Below, piece by piece: positions 25,333-38,661 of a stretch of DNA of 64,000 bases. The position numbers and the translations under genes are program-made. Under the pieces are notes generated by a model that saw only the letters and a program-made list of their open reading frames with translations, searched no databases and was not told the origin of the DNA. Each line of letters starts with the position of its first letter. Position 1 is the first letter of the stretch. Origin of the DNA: Octopus sinensis (Eukaryota); contig NC_042997.1 in the NCBI RefSeq assembly GCF_006345805.1, forward strand, positions 93,930,001 to 93,994,000, read 5' to 3'.

Positions 25333-27192
25333 TAAGGTTTTACATTCAGGCTAAGTGACTTACCCTCGTGAAGTGTCATAGCACAGTTATAGTTATTGGG
25401 AAGAAAACAAAGTCTCTCCGACCACGAGCCTTTAGTCTTTCAACTCTTCCACCAGATATCACATTCATATTTATGATAAAAGGGAAAATAAATATGTACG
25501 ACATACATACTTCACTTTTTGCGAGCGTATAGATAATGAATAACTGAATCGATAAAGTCCAATCAAAGATGAAGTCACCTCAGTAATATGTTATAACATT
25601 ATGTTTTTTCAGAGAGTCTGTAAGTGGTTGTTACCCTGGTAGAAATAGCAGCAAAATTACTCTTAAACCATATTCTACAGTCTTAACATAAAATAAATAG
25701 TGTAGTCCGAGATATTCTTTATGCACCCTTTTAAAGCCTAGCCAGGCTCATGGACCCGGTTTCCCGGTTTCTATGGCGTAACTAATAAGGATTTGCTATA
25801 TATGTGATTCAGAGCAAAGAATCGAAACTCAGTCTTTAAAACAAGTTATCTACTGATTGCCTCTGTTCTTCGGCATTCACCTTTCTTTATACACATATAC
25901 AATATCCATTTATTTTACTATTCTGTGATTATATTCATTTGTGAAACTTCACTGTAGATTGAAACAATGCATTAATCAACTAACAGGCGGTAAAATAGTA
26001 TTTTTTCTTTTTCTGCTTATTCTCTTTCAATTCAATAGATGAATAGAATAATAATTAGTTGATTAATGAAGCCTTGAAGTGAATAATAATGAGATAATTA
26101 CAGTGATAATTTTCTATGAATGCCCATGAGTTAGGGTGAATGTCACAAAAAAAGCAGTTAGCTTCTGGTAAGTGAAATTTGCGATTCGGTTACATTTTAA
26201 TTACCCCTCCTATATTAGTTCATTTAGTTGGCGTCACTGATATCCTAGAAAAAGAAAAAAAGGTCCCTGTTATCATGCAACAATATTGGACAACTAATAA
26301 ACAGGTCGTCAGATTGTATCTTGTTACCACAAATGTGATGTCTCCTTGAACGAAATACACGACACTTCAATGATAAACCATCCAATATTGCAAAGATATA
26401 CAAAACCGTTGAGTGAAATTACTGTAAAATTAAAGAGAGCATCCGTTGGTTTGGAATTCTGAATTCAATCTGCCTTATACTGATATTTTATTCAGGAGAA
26501 CTGAATACCTCAGGGAAATTTTGTCTGAGACACTAACGATTCTTCCAGACCATAGATTGTGAATATGTTTTAGTGGAAAGCGGCATAGTTTGATGGGAAG
26601 CTATATATTCGCTGGAGAAAAGTAAAATTTAATACGAGTTTACATATTTGTAGCGGAAGTGTATAGTTTGCCATAAGCTGTACATTTGTAGGTACGAGAT
26701 GTTGTCACATGACCAACATTTGTTTATTGTTGCCGATAATACTTATAACATTTTCTAACATTGGACTGATGCCATTAAAATGCTTGACATAGTAGACTGC
26801 TAGCCGACTCGTACGAAAAATATTTAGTACCGATTAAATATCAACGAATCAAGTTGAATCTACATGATAAAAGCGTTGATGCTTCACTTATGAAGTAATA
26901 TGCTGGTTACTCCCGAAATTTATCTTTACCTCATAAAAGTGATGTCTTACAAATGTTCGTGCAAGTCTGCAAACAGATACTACGTGTAAATACTAACGGA
27001 GCGCGACTTATATGAATACCAGACCGATTCAGTTCTCCTGTACAGCAAAATATGAAACAATAGAAATAAAATGTGTATCATACTACCAAGAGTTAAAAGG
27101 TGAATGCACACTTTGATTTGATGCATAATAGGAGAAAGTGGGTGTATTGAAGACAGCATCGCACGTACACACACACACACACACATATTGGT

Positions 27193-27503
27193 GGAGGCGC
27201 AATGGCCCAGTGGTTAGGGCAGCGGACTCGCGGTCGTAGGATCGCGGTTTCGATTCCCAGACCGGACGCTGTGAGTGTTTATTGAACGAAAACACCTAAA
27301 GCTCCACGAAGCTGCGGCAGGGGATGATGGCGATCCCTGCAGTATTTTTTCGCCCCAACTTTCTTTCACTCTTTCTTCTGTTGGCCTACTCGCTTAGCCA
27401 GCGGGGTGGCGTCATTTGAAGGTTAAAACAATGCGAAGCGCATTGTGACCAGCAATGTGTAGCAGCATCTGATAGCCTGGTCGGTCACGGTGATCACGGT
27501 GAT
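27193..27503 (+). mobile_element. tRNA-derived SINE (body type 2, alternative tail)
   Basis: tggcccagtggtt A box, gtttcgattcc B box. Body matches 12368-12679; tail ends ggtcacggtgatcacggtgat. Confidence 0.9.
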
Positions 27504-27762
27504 ATATATATTGACCAGTTTAGAAAGAAGAGGACGACAATCAAAGTAAAAGGTTGAACTTTACACTTCAAATCTTACAAATAAAGCCGAGGAGGTATAA
27601 GTTTCTATTTCACAGGAATTTTACAGCTCCGCAGCACCGTAAAATACTAAGTTACCACAGAGAAAACATAGCTTTCATCTCAACGTAATAATGGATCCCA
27701 AACGACTAGTTAACTTAAGAAAATACATTTTCAAAACCCCACTCTCTCTTTACATAGATAAG

Positions 27763-30177
27763 TTTCTTTATTGGCCGCACAGGGCTGCACACAGATGGGA
27801 CAAGTTACAAGGTAGAGCTTTTCTTTTGGGGGATGAAAAAAAGGGGGTGGCGTAGGTTTTCGATCAAGAGGGATCGTAAAAGGGAAGAAAAGATAAAAAA
27901 AATAAAAAAGGAAGAAAAAAAATAGAATAAAAAATAAAAGAATAAAAGAAAAAAAAAGAAAGGGAAAGGAACAAAAGAAAAGAGAAATGAAAAAAGAAGA
28001 AAAAGGGAGAAAAAAGGGGAAGAGGAAAAAAAAAAGGAACGATCAATAGGGATCGTGTATCACAGTGTTATGATATATGGTGTAAAGGGGAAAGCAAGTA
28101 AGGTTTATCCGTGGGAAGAAAAGCCTACGAAAAAGACCACGGTAACATTGGTCAATATTGTTATATGTTACCACATTTGTTTGCAAGTGGGTAACCCTCT
28201 GTTTTCAATTTCTGGGTTCATAGGACTATGCTCAAGGTCGCTTCGTCATTCATACGTGCCATCCTTGCTACATTCACCCATCTTTTTTTAAAATATTCGC
28301 TAGACAAAACTTGCCTCTCTACTCTCACTTTCCTTTTCAAGTGGTACTTGAAGAAGTTGATGAGAGATTGACCAGAGAGGAAAGTGTTTGTCTCCAATCC
28401 TTTCAGACGCGTCCACCAGATACATTCTTTCGCCATAGCCACAAGGATGATGAAAATAGCTCTTCCTTCCCGTTTGAAGGAAGGAGGCGTGACAATATTG
28501 ACGATAGACTCAGCTGATAAACCGACTCGTCCCACACGTGACAGCAGTTGTTCGACACAAGCCCACAGGTCGGAAATTGTTGGACACTGCACGAGTGCGT
28601 GCAGAACGGTTTCGTCGCTCTGACCGCATCTCGGGCAGGTCGGCCCCGTGTTTCTCGAGCCGTGTCTGTAGAGCTTATCCCGAACGGGGAGCGCTTCTCG
28701 GTAACACTGCTAGGCCAGGGATCTCTGGAAGTTGTCCATGGGCCCTGGCCCGAAAGTCGTCCTGAACAGGCGGGTCAGGTACTCCTCGTCGACGTCCAGG
28801 TTCGCCCCGAGCTCGTCGTCGTACCTCCCCTCCACTAATCCCCTATAGAATGCTTTGGTTGTGTTGAAGTCACTCAAGGTCGACCCAGGACGGCAGAGTT
28901 GCTTGAGAGCAACGCGACACTCGCGGTGCCATTCGCCCTTCCTCGGCCTCTTTTTGATCCACGACTGCAGTTCGGTCATGGAGACGAGCTGCGGGAAAGC
29001 GTGCCTCACAAACGGCGATCACACCTGTTCACCGTCGTCTACATAGAGCCAGAGATGTCGCAGTCTCAGCGCGTGTCTGCGCATCATCAACCACGGCATG
29101 CCCAGCCCTCCTTTTAACGGGTGTTGACAGCAAATGGATCGCCTGACCATCGGGACGCATCCTTTCCACAAGAAGCGAAAGAGAATGCGTTGTAGTTTGG
29201 TGATGGTAGGGTCGGGACAAGGTACGACGGTCAGGCGGTAGTAGATGACGGGCGCGATGTACGTGTTCGCCACCTCCACCCGACCTTTTAGGGACAGTTT
29301 CCTCTCGGCCCATTGCCGAGCGAGAGTGACCACCGTACTCGTTATCTCGTTCCAGTTCTTCTCCACTTGGAGGTCCGGACCAAACCAGACCCCGAGCAAC
29401 TCAACCGGGCCGTCGGTCCAGCGTCCCACGACGGAGGCGCTGGTGGACGGCATGGGCTTGCTTCTCCAGGTGCCTAGTCGCAAGCCCACTGACTTTTCCC
29501 GGTTGATTTTCGCTCCTGTCACCGCTTCGTAGTTTTTCAGTGTCTCGCCGACCTGCTCGATGTGCTCGTGGCTAGACACTATGACGGTGACGTCGTCCGC
29601 GTATGCAGACACGCTCGTCCCGCATCCCAGTTCTCGCGGGATGCCCCTCAAAGTTGCCAGCTTCCGCAATAATGGCTCGAGAGTCAATACGTATAGAAGC
29701 GACGAGAGGGGGCATCCCTGACGGACCGAACGTGCGATGTCGAAGGTTCTCGATAGATGTCCATTCACGCGAATTACCGAACGGATGCCTCTGTACAAAG
29801 CGGCTATCCAGCCGCTCTGAGGACCGCCTCCAAGTATCGATGGTCTACCCTATCGAAAGCTTTCGATTGATCCAAATTGATCAGCGCCCCACCCATGCCA
29901 GGTTCGTTAACTACCCTGTCTATGATGTAGCGCATCAGGTGGAGGTTGTCATGGATGGTCCGGCCTGGCACGGCGCATGTTTGCGCCTTGTCGACCAGTT
30001 TCTCGATGACAAGCGCCAACCTCTTGGCTAGCACCTTGGCCAAAATTTTCAAGTCTGCATTAAGCAGAGTGATGGGCCTAAAGTTATCTATTACATTTCC
30101 CTTGTTTAGATCTTTCTTCAGCAGTGTTACGGCTCCTCGGCTCACAAAACCAGGAATGCTCCCGTTTTGCTGCCAAG
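27763..30177 (-). mobile_element. 5'-truncated Tx1-clade (L1 superfamily) retrotransposon, ORF2 remnant plus 3' UTR
   Basis: NFRPITLLNADLKILAKVLAKRL, DQSKAFDRVDH, SVRQGCPLS, SAYADDVT, KGGLGMP, CCHC knuckle CPRCGQSDETVLHALVQC. One deletion/frameshift at about 29810 and two in-frame stops (29019, 28710). Possible 7-bp TSD atagata (27754-27760, 30178-30184). Confidence 0.93.
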
Positions 30178-30324
30178 ATAGATATATAGATAGATAGATA
30201 CATACATACATACATGCATGCATGTGTGCATACATACATGCATGTGTGCATACATACATACTTACATACATACATATATCTATATATATATATACATATA
30301 CATACATACATACATATATATATA

Positions 30325-30489
<165 letters not shown>

Positions 30490-30696
30490 ACTGAATAGAA
30501 TACTTGAAAGAAATAATATAAGCGAAAACAAAATATATTGAACAAAAGCACAACGAAAATAAAAACATTTTAAAGCAAACTTTACCACACCTGCTTAAAT
30601 ACTGACCAAAATATACCTTAAACTAAAACGACACAATACAATAAAAAATATGACTAAAAAGGAATGTGGGAGTATATTTAGGCCTCTAGATACTTA

Positions 30697-30834
30697 ATGT
30701 TACATTATTTACAATTGTCAGATATTTGTCCTCACAATGTTTCGGCTGATATACCTTCCGGCCATCATCAGGTATATTGGGCAAATTTCGAACCTGGGTT
30801 CTCATTCCTAAGGTATTTTTCGATGTTGTTGTTG

Positions 30835-30879
<45 letters not shown>

Positions 30880-30944
30880 TCACTGCCTGGAATTGAACTC
30901 AGAATCTTGGGGTTAGCAGCCCACGCTCTTAACCACTACGCCAT
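30697..30944 (-). mobile_element. tRNA-derived SINE with internal (AAT)n and a hammerhead-like tail motif
   Basis: Minus strand: tggcgtagtggtt A box, gagttcaattcc B box, (AAT)n, then ...acCTGATGAtggccggaaggtatatcagccGAAAcattgtg. Confidence 0.85.
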
Positions 30945-30999
30945 ATAAAACTGGGCATTGAGATTAAAGAAAATCAAAAGGTGACCTGACGAAAGTGCC

Positions 31000-32560
31000 A
31001 TTAAAGGATTAGGGATTAGAAGCAATGATAAAATGGTAAGGAAAACAAAAGAATAAAATATGGATCATCACAAGCTTAATTAAAATAGATATGAACATTA
31101 TTATTTTAGCCTGTATAAACGAAATTATATAAACGAAATGACATATGCATCAGACAGTTGTTACAAGATATATAAGCAAACGATATGGATATAAAAAACA
31201 ATATCCCAAATCAAAGAATTCCAGAGATAAGATATTCTCGCTAAATCTTAAAGACTTCTTTGGTATGAAATGCAACAAGTGGTTCCAAGAAGAAAATGTT
31301 CAACTCCAATCCCAGACGATTTTTATAAAGAACTAAGTAAAAAAAAATAATAACAAAACAGAAATCAATACAGCACCATTAGCAAAAGAAGCAGAAGAAT
31401 TTTGGGAAGAAGCATGCACTGTGAGGAATATCACAAATGTGATTGTACAATGTAACGAACGCAAACCTGAAAAATTGCTGTAGGACATGCAGATACAAGA
31501 AACAAACCATAGATTATTCAGAACAAACAACTAGAAGTCACAGCGAAATGATAAAATTTCAGACTCCTATTTTTCAGTATTTAATTGGGACACGTGTTAG
31601 TAGAAATGTTTAATAAGATCCCAAATGAACCAGATACAACGGCTGATTAGCTTACCGAGAGGAAAACTATCTGAATACACAAGGCTAATGAAGCAGCAGG
31701 CCTTAAAAACTACAGATTTTTAACATGCTGGGTTTGTTTTTGAAATTAGTACGAATCTTGGATTAGAAAAATACACCAAAACTCCCTCGAAGACGAGAAA
31801 TTTATTACGAATATTGATTTTATGTCTGATAAAAAAAAGATAAGAGAGTTTGAACACATATAGACTAACCAATATTTAGGAATCAATGAACTAGAAAGAA
31901 GTACAAGACACACAAACGAAAGAAAAAGCTAAGGAACAATATTATAGTGGCATTAAATTAAAACTAATAATTAAAGCGGAACTAAATGTATAAAAAAAGG
32001 TAATTGGCGCCAATAGTCTAGCTATCCCAGTAATAAGCTCAGTTATTCTATATTTCAACTGGACGCTAAATGAATTAGTAAGACTAAACAGGAAAACAAG
32101 AAAAATATTGATTACATCACTCGAAATCTGATATAGAAAGTTTACAGTCATCACTAATATAAGGAAGTAGAACTAAAAAAAGAAAACAATTCTAAAAAAT
32201 ATCTTGTAAAAGAACAATGGAAAACTAATACAAATAACTGTAAGGGATGAAGAAAGCAAACAAAAAAAAATACTGTTTTCAGTCTACAAGGAAGTCAACA
32301 AGAAAAAAAAAGTGGCAAGAATGGCACACAGTTTTGAGGAAAAAACGAACAGAAATTGCGAAAAGTTAAAAACTAAACTAAAATGTGGTTTCATGATCAA
32401 TGAAGGAATTAGATATAAAATAAAAAGACGGAAACTGAGGGATTCTGAAGGATTCTTTATTACGAAATAGGATCAAATCCTTACCACTAGAAGCTACCGG
32501 AACTATAAAAGGAAGACTAAAACATTACATAACAGCAGAGTACATGAAGGTTGAGAAAAA
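31000..32560 (+). mobile_element. Decayed, internally deleted R4/Dong-type non-LTR retrotransposon
   Basis: MFNKIPNEPD..D*LTERKTI*IHKANEAAGLKNYRFLTC, LGLEKYTK, QYLGINE, IKAELNV*KKVIGANSLAIPVI, FNWTLNELVRLNRKTRKIL. Confidence 0.75.
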
Positions 32561-32694
32561 ACTTATCCATAATGCTTCTGGCTACTTAGTTGTTGCGAAA
32601 GGGAGAAATCTTGCTTGGTAGAATTGGGGCTATCTTATACTGGATTATCATACTACAGTTCTGAAATTCTAAAAGAAAAGAGGCGATAAAAATC

Positions 32695-33010
32695 TCTCTC
32701 TATATATAGCTGAAGTTGTCTGTGTGTGTATGTGTGGCAGGTTTGGTAGCCTTCAACTAACACTCTCTCTTCCGAGACCCAGCGGCACAAGATGACCAAA
32801 ATTGAGAGTATGATAAAATGCTTGCTTTTCATTCCGTAGAAGAAAAAAATTCAAATCGGACCATGTTAAGACCAAAAATTATTTACATCAAAAAGGTGCT
32901 TTTTTTCTGTGAAAATCCCTACTTTTAAAGATTTTTTGACTGCTGTGTCGCCGTTTTTCGGTGTATTTCAACCAGAAAAAAGTGCGATCTGCATGCTGTT
33001 ACTATCTACG
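32695..33010 (+). mobile_element. Possible non-autonomous Helitron-like (DINE/HINE-type) 5' portion
   Basis: Starts tctatatatagctgaagttgtctgtgtgtgtatgtg, a pattern typical of such elements. No 3' hairpin/CTAG end was confirmed. Confidence 0.25.
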
Positions 33011-35512
33011 ATGTTCAAGTCAAACCTTCAATGGATATGTTTTGATTTCACCAGACTTATCTCCTGAGAAAAAAAGAACTAGAGATCGAGTATGATAAAA
33101 TATATTTAAAGCAAAATTAATAAAAGACATGCAATGAGCTTCAGAGCCAGAGATTCTAAAATCTTTCTTAAGCCTTCTTTGAGTTATAGTGGGCAAGTGA
33201 CAGATCATTTCTATTGGATCGTTGATAGTGCATATGAAATTTCAGTTATAATTTTATTATTATTATTCTAATATTGTTTAAAATATGATTTCATTTGCTT
33301 TGTGATCCGCACTTCGTTTTGATGCTCATTGTGTATATTTTGTTAGTATACTAGAGTTCTGAAATGCCAAAAGAATGAATATTATAATAGCACTAACAAA
33401 CTGTAACCTTGAGCCTGATCTGAAGAATCAATACCGATCAAACAATGTTTAAATCCTCGGTTTAAATATTTTTGTAAAAGGCAACGTGAAAGAACAGAAT
33501 TATTTCGAGTCTTAAGAATGAGATATTATTAGATGTGGATAGTTTATTGAAGATAATGTACTGGTTTCATTTGATTAAGTATAAAATCTTATATTTCAGA
33601 AGAAAAGAAAATTGATGGATGGGATTTTCTTGCATTCTGAAGGGAATTTGTCGCGTAGGTGGATTGAATAGCCTCCAACAGGGACATATTGGAAAATATA
33701 TCAGTTTCTTACTTAGGATCAATACATCAAAGTTATAAGAGCACAGAATAGTGGTTGCATAACGTTTGCATTTTTTTCTTAAAGGCTTTAGAGAACTGAA
33801 GAATGCAGCGATGTCACTTTAACTGAGGAATGTAAGATGTTCACTGAATTAGTTTTCTGGGAGCTTCAGTTTTTGATTAAGAAACATGATAAATGACATT
33901 GAATTAACTTTAATGCATTAGTATATTTTTTTTTATCTCTGAAGAAGTAAAAAGTAAAGCCAATTATTGCAGGATCTGATTCCAAAAAAGTTGCTAATCA
34001 CACTAGATGCTGAAAGACATTTAGAATTCACGTTGCTTCTACATTATTAAAAATCATTTCAAGGAGATTTAGTTCCAATTTTAGAACTACAACCTTCAGC
34101 CGTAAGCAGTTATAGATTAAAACAAAACGTACGGCTTTATAATTTGCAATGATATGCCACCTACAATTTCTAGCATGATATAATGCATCCTGTAGAAAGC
34201 CATTTGAGTTGGTCGATAAACGTGCCCTTTCTGAAATATTCAATTTCACAGTCATTCGTTTATAAACTGATTTCTTTTTCTTCCTCCAAATCAAGTTAAT
34301 CTTTCTCGCTTGTCTCTACGTCTCGTAATACGTGCAATTTCTTTTCTTAAATTCTACATCAATAAGATTTTCTCATTAAAATTTGAAATATTACAATATT
34401 TGCATTCAAGTCATACTCCGTTCTCGATTTCCATATATGCACATATGCAAAATAATAATTCATATAACTATAATAATCTGTATGATTTATAGAAACAACT
34501 TTACATTAATAAAGTTTCTAATAATTAATAATCAGTGACATGATTTCAGTATACCTCATTAACAGCAGGTAAATTGCTAGTTTGTTAACAGTTCCTCTGT
34601 TTTGATTAGGCACGTCGTTTTATATACTTAAGTGATGGGTAATACAATACAATGACGTTAATGTCTATCGTAAGCGCATTAGCGTTATAAAAATTGCCAA
34701 ATGGTTTTAACCGAGGATTGAAACTATGTAGCTGATTCATCTTTACGAGAGTTTTCTTACTTATTAGCCTTTGTTAATCTCTAAAAATCAAAAAAGCATA
34801 TCTTATATTGACGCAAATTCACGGATCTTGTTTTGGCTTGTTTGAAAAAGGATTTGAGTTTCGATAATTGCATCGGTCCTCACAAATGCGAATTGCGATT
34901 TGAATAGAATAGCGGAATTTGAATAGGCCAGCAAGACTTTGAGGGTTGGAAATGAATACTTTGAAGAACTTAGTACGGTACTTGAGAGTTTCTACCATTC
35001 CTTTTTCTACACATTGAAGCTTAAAACATAATTGGTATCTAAGACATTAAAAGATAAAAAAAAAACTCAAAACAGGTATAAAAAATTAAATACCTTTACT
35101 AAACAGTCAACGCTGTAGTTTGCTCTAAACTCTAGTTTCTGTAGAATTAACGTATGACGAAAAAACATTTAAACTTTGACAGGAGACCAATATATCACAA
35201 GTATACGCCACCTGAATGTCGTGCTAGTTATTTTTCACATATATGTATGTGTGTGTTTACACACAGACTCACATATATAAAGCTTGACTTAAAGCCTTAG
35301 CCATCACTTGCAAGCTTGTAGCTGGTACTAAACTTTCGTTAGTCGCTTTAGGCACCTGTGTAGTTATGAGCAGACATAGACATCCTCTTAACCTTTCTAC
35401 CCTTGAAACAGCAAAAAATCGAAACCATGCCAGCTGGAGGGAGAGAGGGTTTCATTAATGGCCGCTAGTATTCATTTTTAAGTGAATAGACTGTACTAAG
35501 AAGCACCACCTT

Positions 35513-35947
35513 TGCTAAAAATTTGAGTCATAAAAATTCCGAAGCCACAGAAATTATCACTAAAGTTTTATGGGCATTGTAGAAAAAACTAAATGAATAA
35601 GAATTTTATTTTGTCTCTGCAAAATTGCAAAAGAATGACAGTTAACCTGGTATAATGATTTCGAATTTGCCAAAAAGCACTTGATTCTCTTCAGCCAGAT
35701 CTACTCGTAACAATACCAGTAATTCGATTCACAACGCCTGTGTTCATTTGAGGGCCCCAGTCACATTGAAAAGACGATACCAGGCTAACTGCCATTTCTT
35801 TTGCAATTTTGCAGAGGTAAGATACAATTCTTATTCACTTTTTTCTTCCACTAGGCCTTATTCTTATTCATTTTTTTCCCACCATGCCTGTAAAAATTCA
35901 GTGATAATTCCTGTGGCTTCGGAGTTTTATGACTCCTATTTTTGCCA
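35513..35947. mobile_element. Fold-back/MITE-like element with long degenerate inverted arms
   Basis: The arm at about 35525-35653 (gagtcataaaaattccgaagccacag...ctctgcaaaattgcaaaagaatgacagttaacctggtat) is the reverse complement of about 35777-35935, with a short insertion in the right arm. Confidence 0.75.
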
Positions 35948-36399
35948 TAGATGGGATATTCCACATGTTTTTGGGATATCCCAGAAACAGCTATAAGACT
36001 TTATAAATTGCTTTGCTTAATTATTTTTAATAATAATAACATATATAACTTGAGATGTCCTACCTTGATGTTTGTTTTTCTTTTTAACAAATTTATATCC
36101 GTCGTATCGGTAATCTACAATAGTTCCATAGTTTCATAACTCCTGCCTCAGTTACGAGCTTGGAACCTTAGTAATTCATTACAACACTTACCTAGCATAC
36201 CTATCCGTTTAGATCACCTGTGAACTGAACCCCTGTATACATATAAACATATATATACATACATATATAATACACACGCACGCACGCATACACACACACA
36301 CACACACATTAAGAGACTTCGCTAAGAAAGCTTCTGGAATCTTAGAATCTTAGAATATCATTCTTAAAATTCGTACACATTTGCCCTTTTGCAATATTT

Positions 36400-37450
36400 T
36401 CATTCGTTGTCATTGGATTAACTTCATCTCTAAACACAGTAGTTTAATAAATTTTCTTTTGCCTTTTCTAGTCTTTCATTGGTTCCAGATATGAGGCTGC
36501 GATGGTTATATTAAAGTAGAGCCACCAACGGTGCTGAAAACTTCTCTTGTTCTTCGTATTTATTGACCAGAGTAGGTTGATGACATTGCTGTCATCAGTG
36601 ATACTTTTTGTGATGTAGTGTCGTCTAGATTCTTCTCACTAAATATCCAGGTATTTTGTAGTATATTAACATTTCTTCCAGTGTGGTTAGTTTAATCGCA
36701 AGCTAACGCCATATCCATCCTCAGCTCATGGGTGGGGAAGGAAGTGCAACTTTTGGTAGCATTCAGTAACACATAGTTTTGGCATTCATACAATATTTGA
36801 TATTAACACTTCGAAGATTTTCCAAATATAAAATACTAAGTCTCTATCTATCTGACTTTCACTTTCTGTAATCATAGGAAGTAGAATTTCGAATTCTCTG
36901 AAGCTCGGTATTTTCTTATTAGCAATAATGTTTGGATTGTTTCCAGATCAGTAGTGAGTTTGACACTTACGAATAAACCTGAAAAGGGAGTAATAATCTG
37001 GACAATTGATAACACAAAATCAATATGGTTTCTAGTTCTATAGTTATACAAGCTCTTGGAATTGATCATATCAGTTGTCTGTACATTGTTTTCGTTACAT
37101 GTACAGGAAGCGATGAGTCATTGCTCATTACAATTCTCCGATCGCGCATTGATTCTGAAATTTGATATTCCAATCTCACTGTGTTCTCTGTGTTCTTGCT
37201 TATGTATCCTTGTTGGAATGTGTTAGAAGGCTGATAGGGAAGGGCTCGAAACTTTCCAGTATCGAATTACATGTTTGCTTTCATCTGTATCAGTGAAGCT
37301 GCATATTGGATTGAGATTTTTTAGTGTCATCATGACTCTTCATTGCCTGCCCCCACCCCAAGCCTTGATATATTTCAGTATAATCAACATAGCTAGTGAG
37401 CAAGTTATTTCTATTAACAAAATATTTATTATTAGTCAAAACTTAATAAT
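36400..37450 (-). mobile_element. Decayed CR1/L2-type LINE 3' half
   Basis: RIVMSNDSSLPVHV, SVKLTTDLETIQ, VFYIWKIFEVLISN resemble the CR1/L2 ORF2 C-terminus (DLG..MS.D, DLEAIQR, IYIWKILEGLVPN). Confidence 0.7.
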
Positions 37451-37811
37451 ATTTTACCACCACAGTAGGAGGCCGTTGTCAGTTTATTATCAATTCTAAA
37501 ATTACATCTCGTATTGCACCACACCCTTAGATATTGATTATGTATTTTCTTTGGCAGAGGAAAGAAAAAAAGAAAAGGGCTTTTAGCTAATTCACCGAAA
37601 ACTCAATATAAAACTTCTATTTTCAACTAATGTTGTATAAGGTTACATTGACATTAAATAGATTAACATCAGGAACATTATCAACAGAAGAAAAAAAAAA
37701 TCAGAAACATTTGGAGAAGTTTCTATATTTTCTAGAATCACTTGAAAGGTACAAAAGACGAAATATTAAACGTATTTTCATCCATTATTGTATATTTTAT
37801 TATTAATACCC

Positions 37812-37864
<53 letters not shown>

Positions 37865-38434
37865 CAAAATATCCTTTTTTTATATATTTTCATTAACCCT
37901 AAATCCAATTTCTATGAATAGTAATTTGTTATATTTTGCGTTATATTTGATATTTTCCATTAATCCAATATCTATAAATAATTTTCTCGCCAAAATTACA
38001 AAGATATTGCGGAGAGAAATTTTATTTATATTCTTCTTAATCCTTAACCGAGATTTTCATAACTTTTAGGTTCAATACTAGAAAAATACGCGAACAAAAT
38101 CGAACATATCAGGAAATATCAAACAGCCGAACCAAGCTGACAAGTTTTCTTTGAATCAAGTCAATCCCACTTTGCACCTTCCATCAGCGAAAATATTGCA
38201 AAGCTAACATGAAATTCTTTATAATGTTCTCTTGTATTAGGCACACATATTTCTATATTAAAATTTGTGTCCGCTGTTTCATTACGTTTTTTTCATAATT
38301 TCTCCAATTCTCTGTTTCCTGATACCTTTTTATACTCAAAATATTAAACACGTTCTTAAGAAATGGTGCAAAGCATTGGTGAACAAACTATCAATGAATG
38401 TACCAAAAGAATAAATCCATGTAGTTTCTCGAAG

Positions 38435-38645
<211 letters not shown>

Positions 38646-38661
38646 TATATATATATATATC

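Noticed and set aside
27193-27270. tRNA-like heads with A and B boxes (also 12600-12679, 25093, 30870-30944, 47808)
   Set aside because: They continue into SINE bodies and lack a complete cloverleaf, so they are not called tRNA genes.
35695-35817. Open 122-nt segment with good splice signals as a host exon
   Set aside because: The donor lies within the inverted arm of a fold-back repeat and the peptide is unrecognisable. Kept only as a cryptic-site note.
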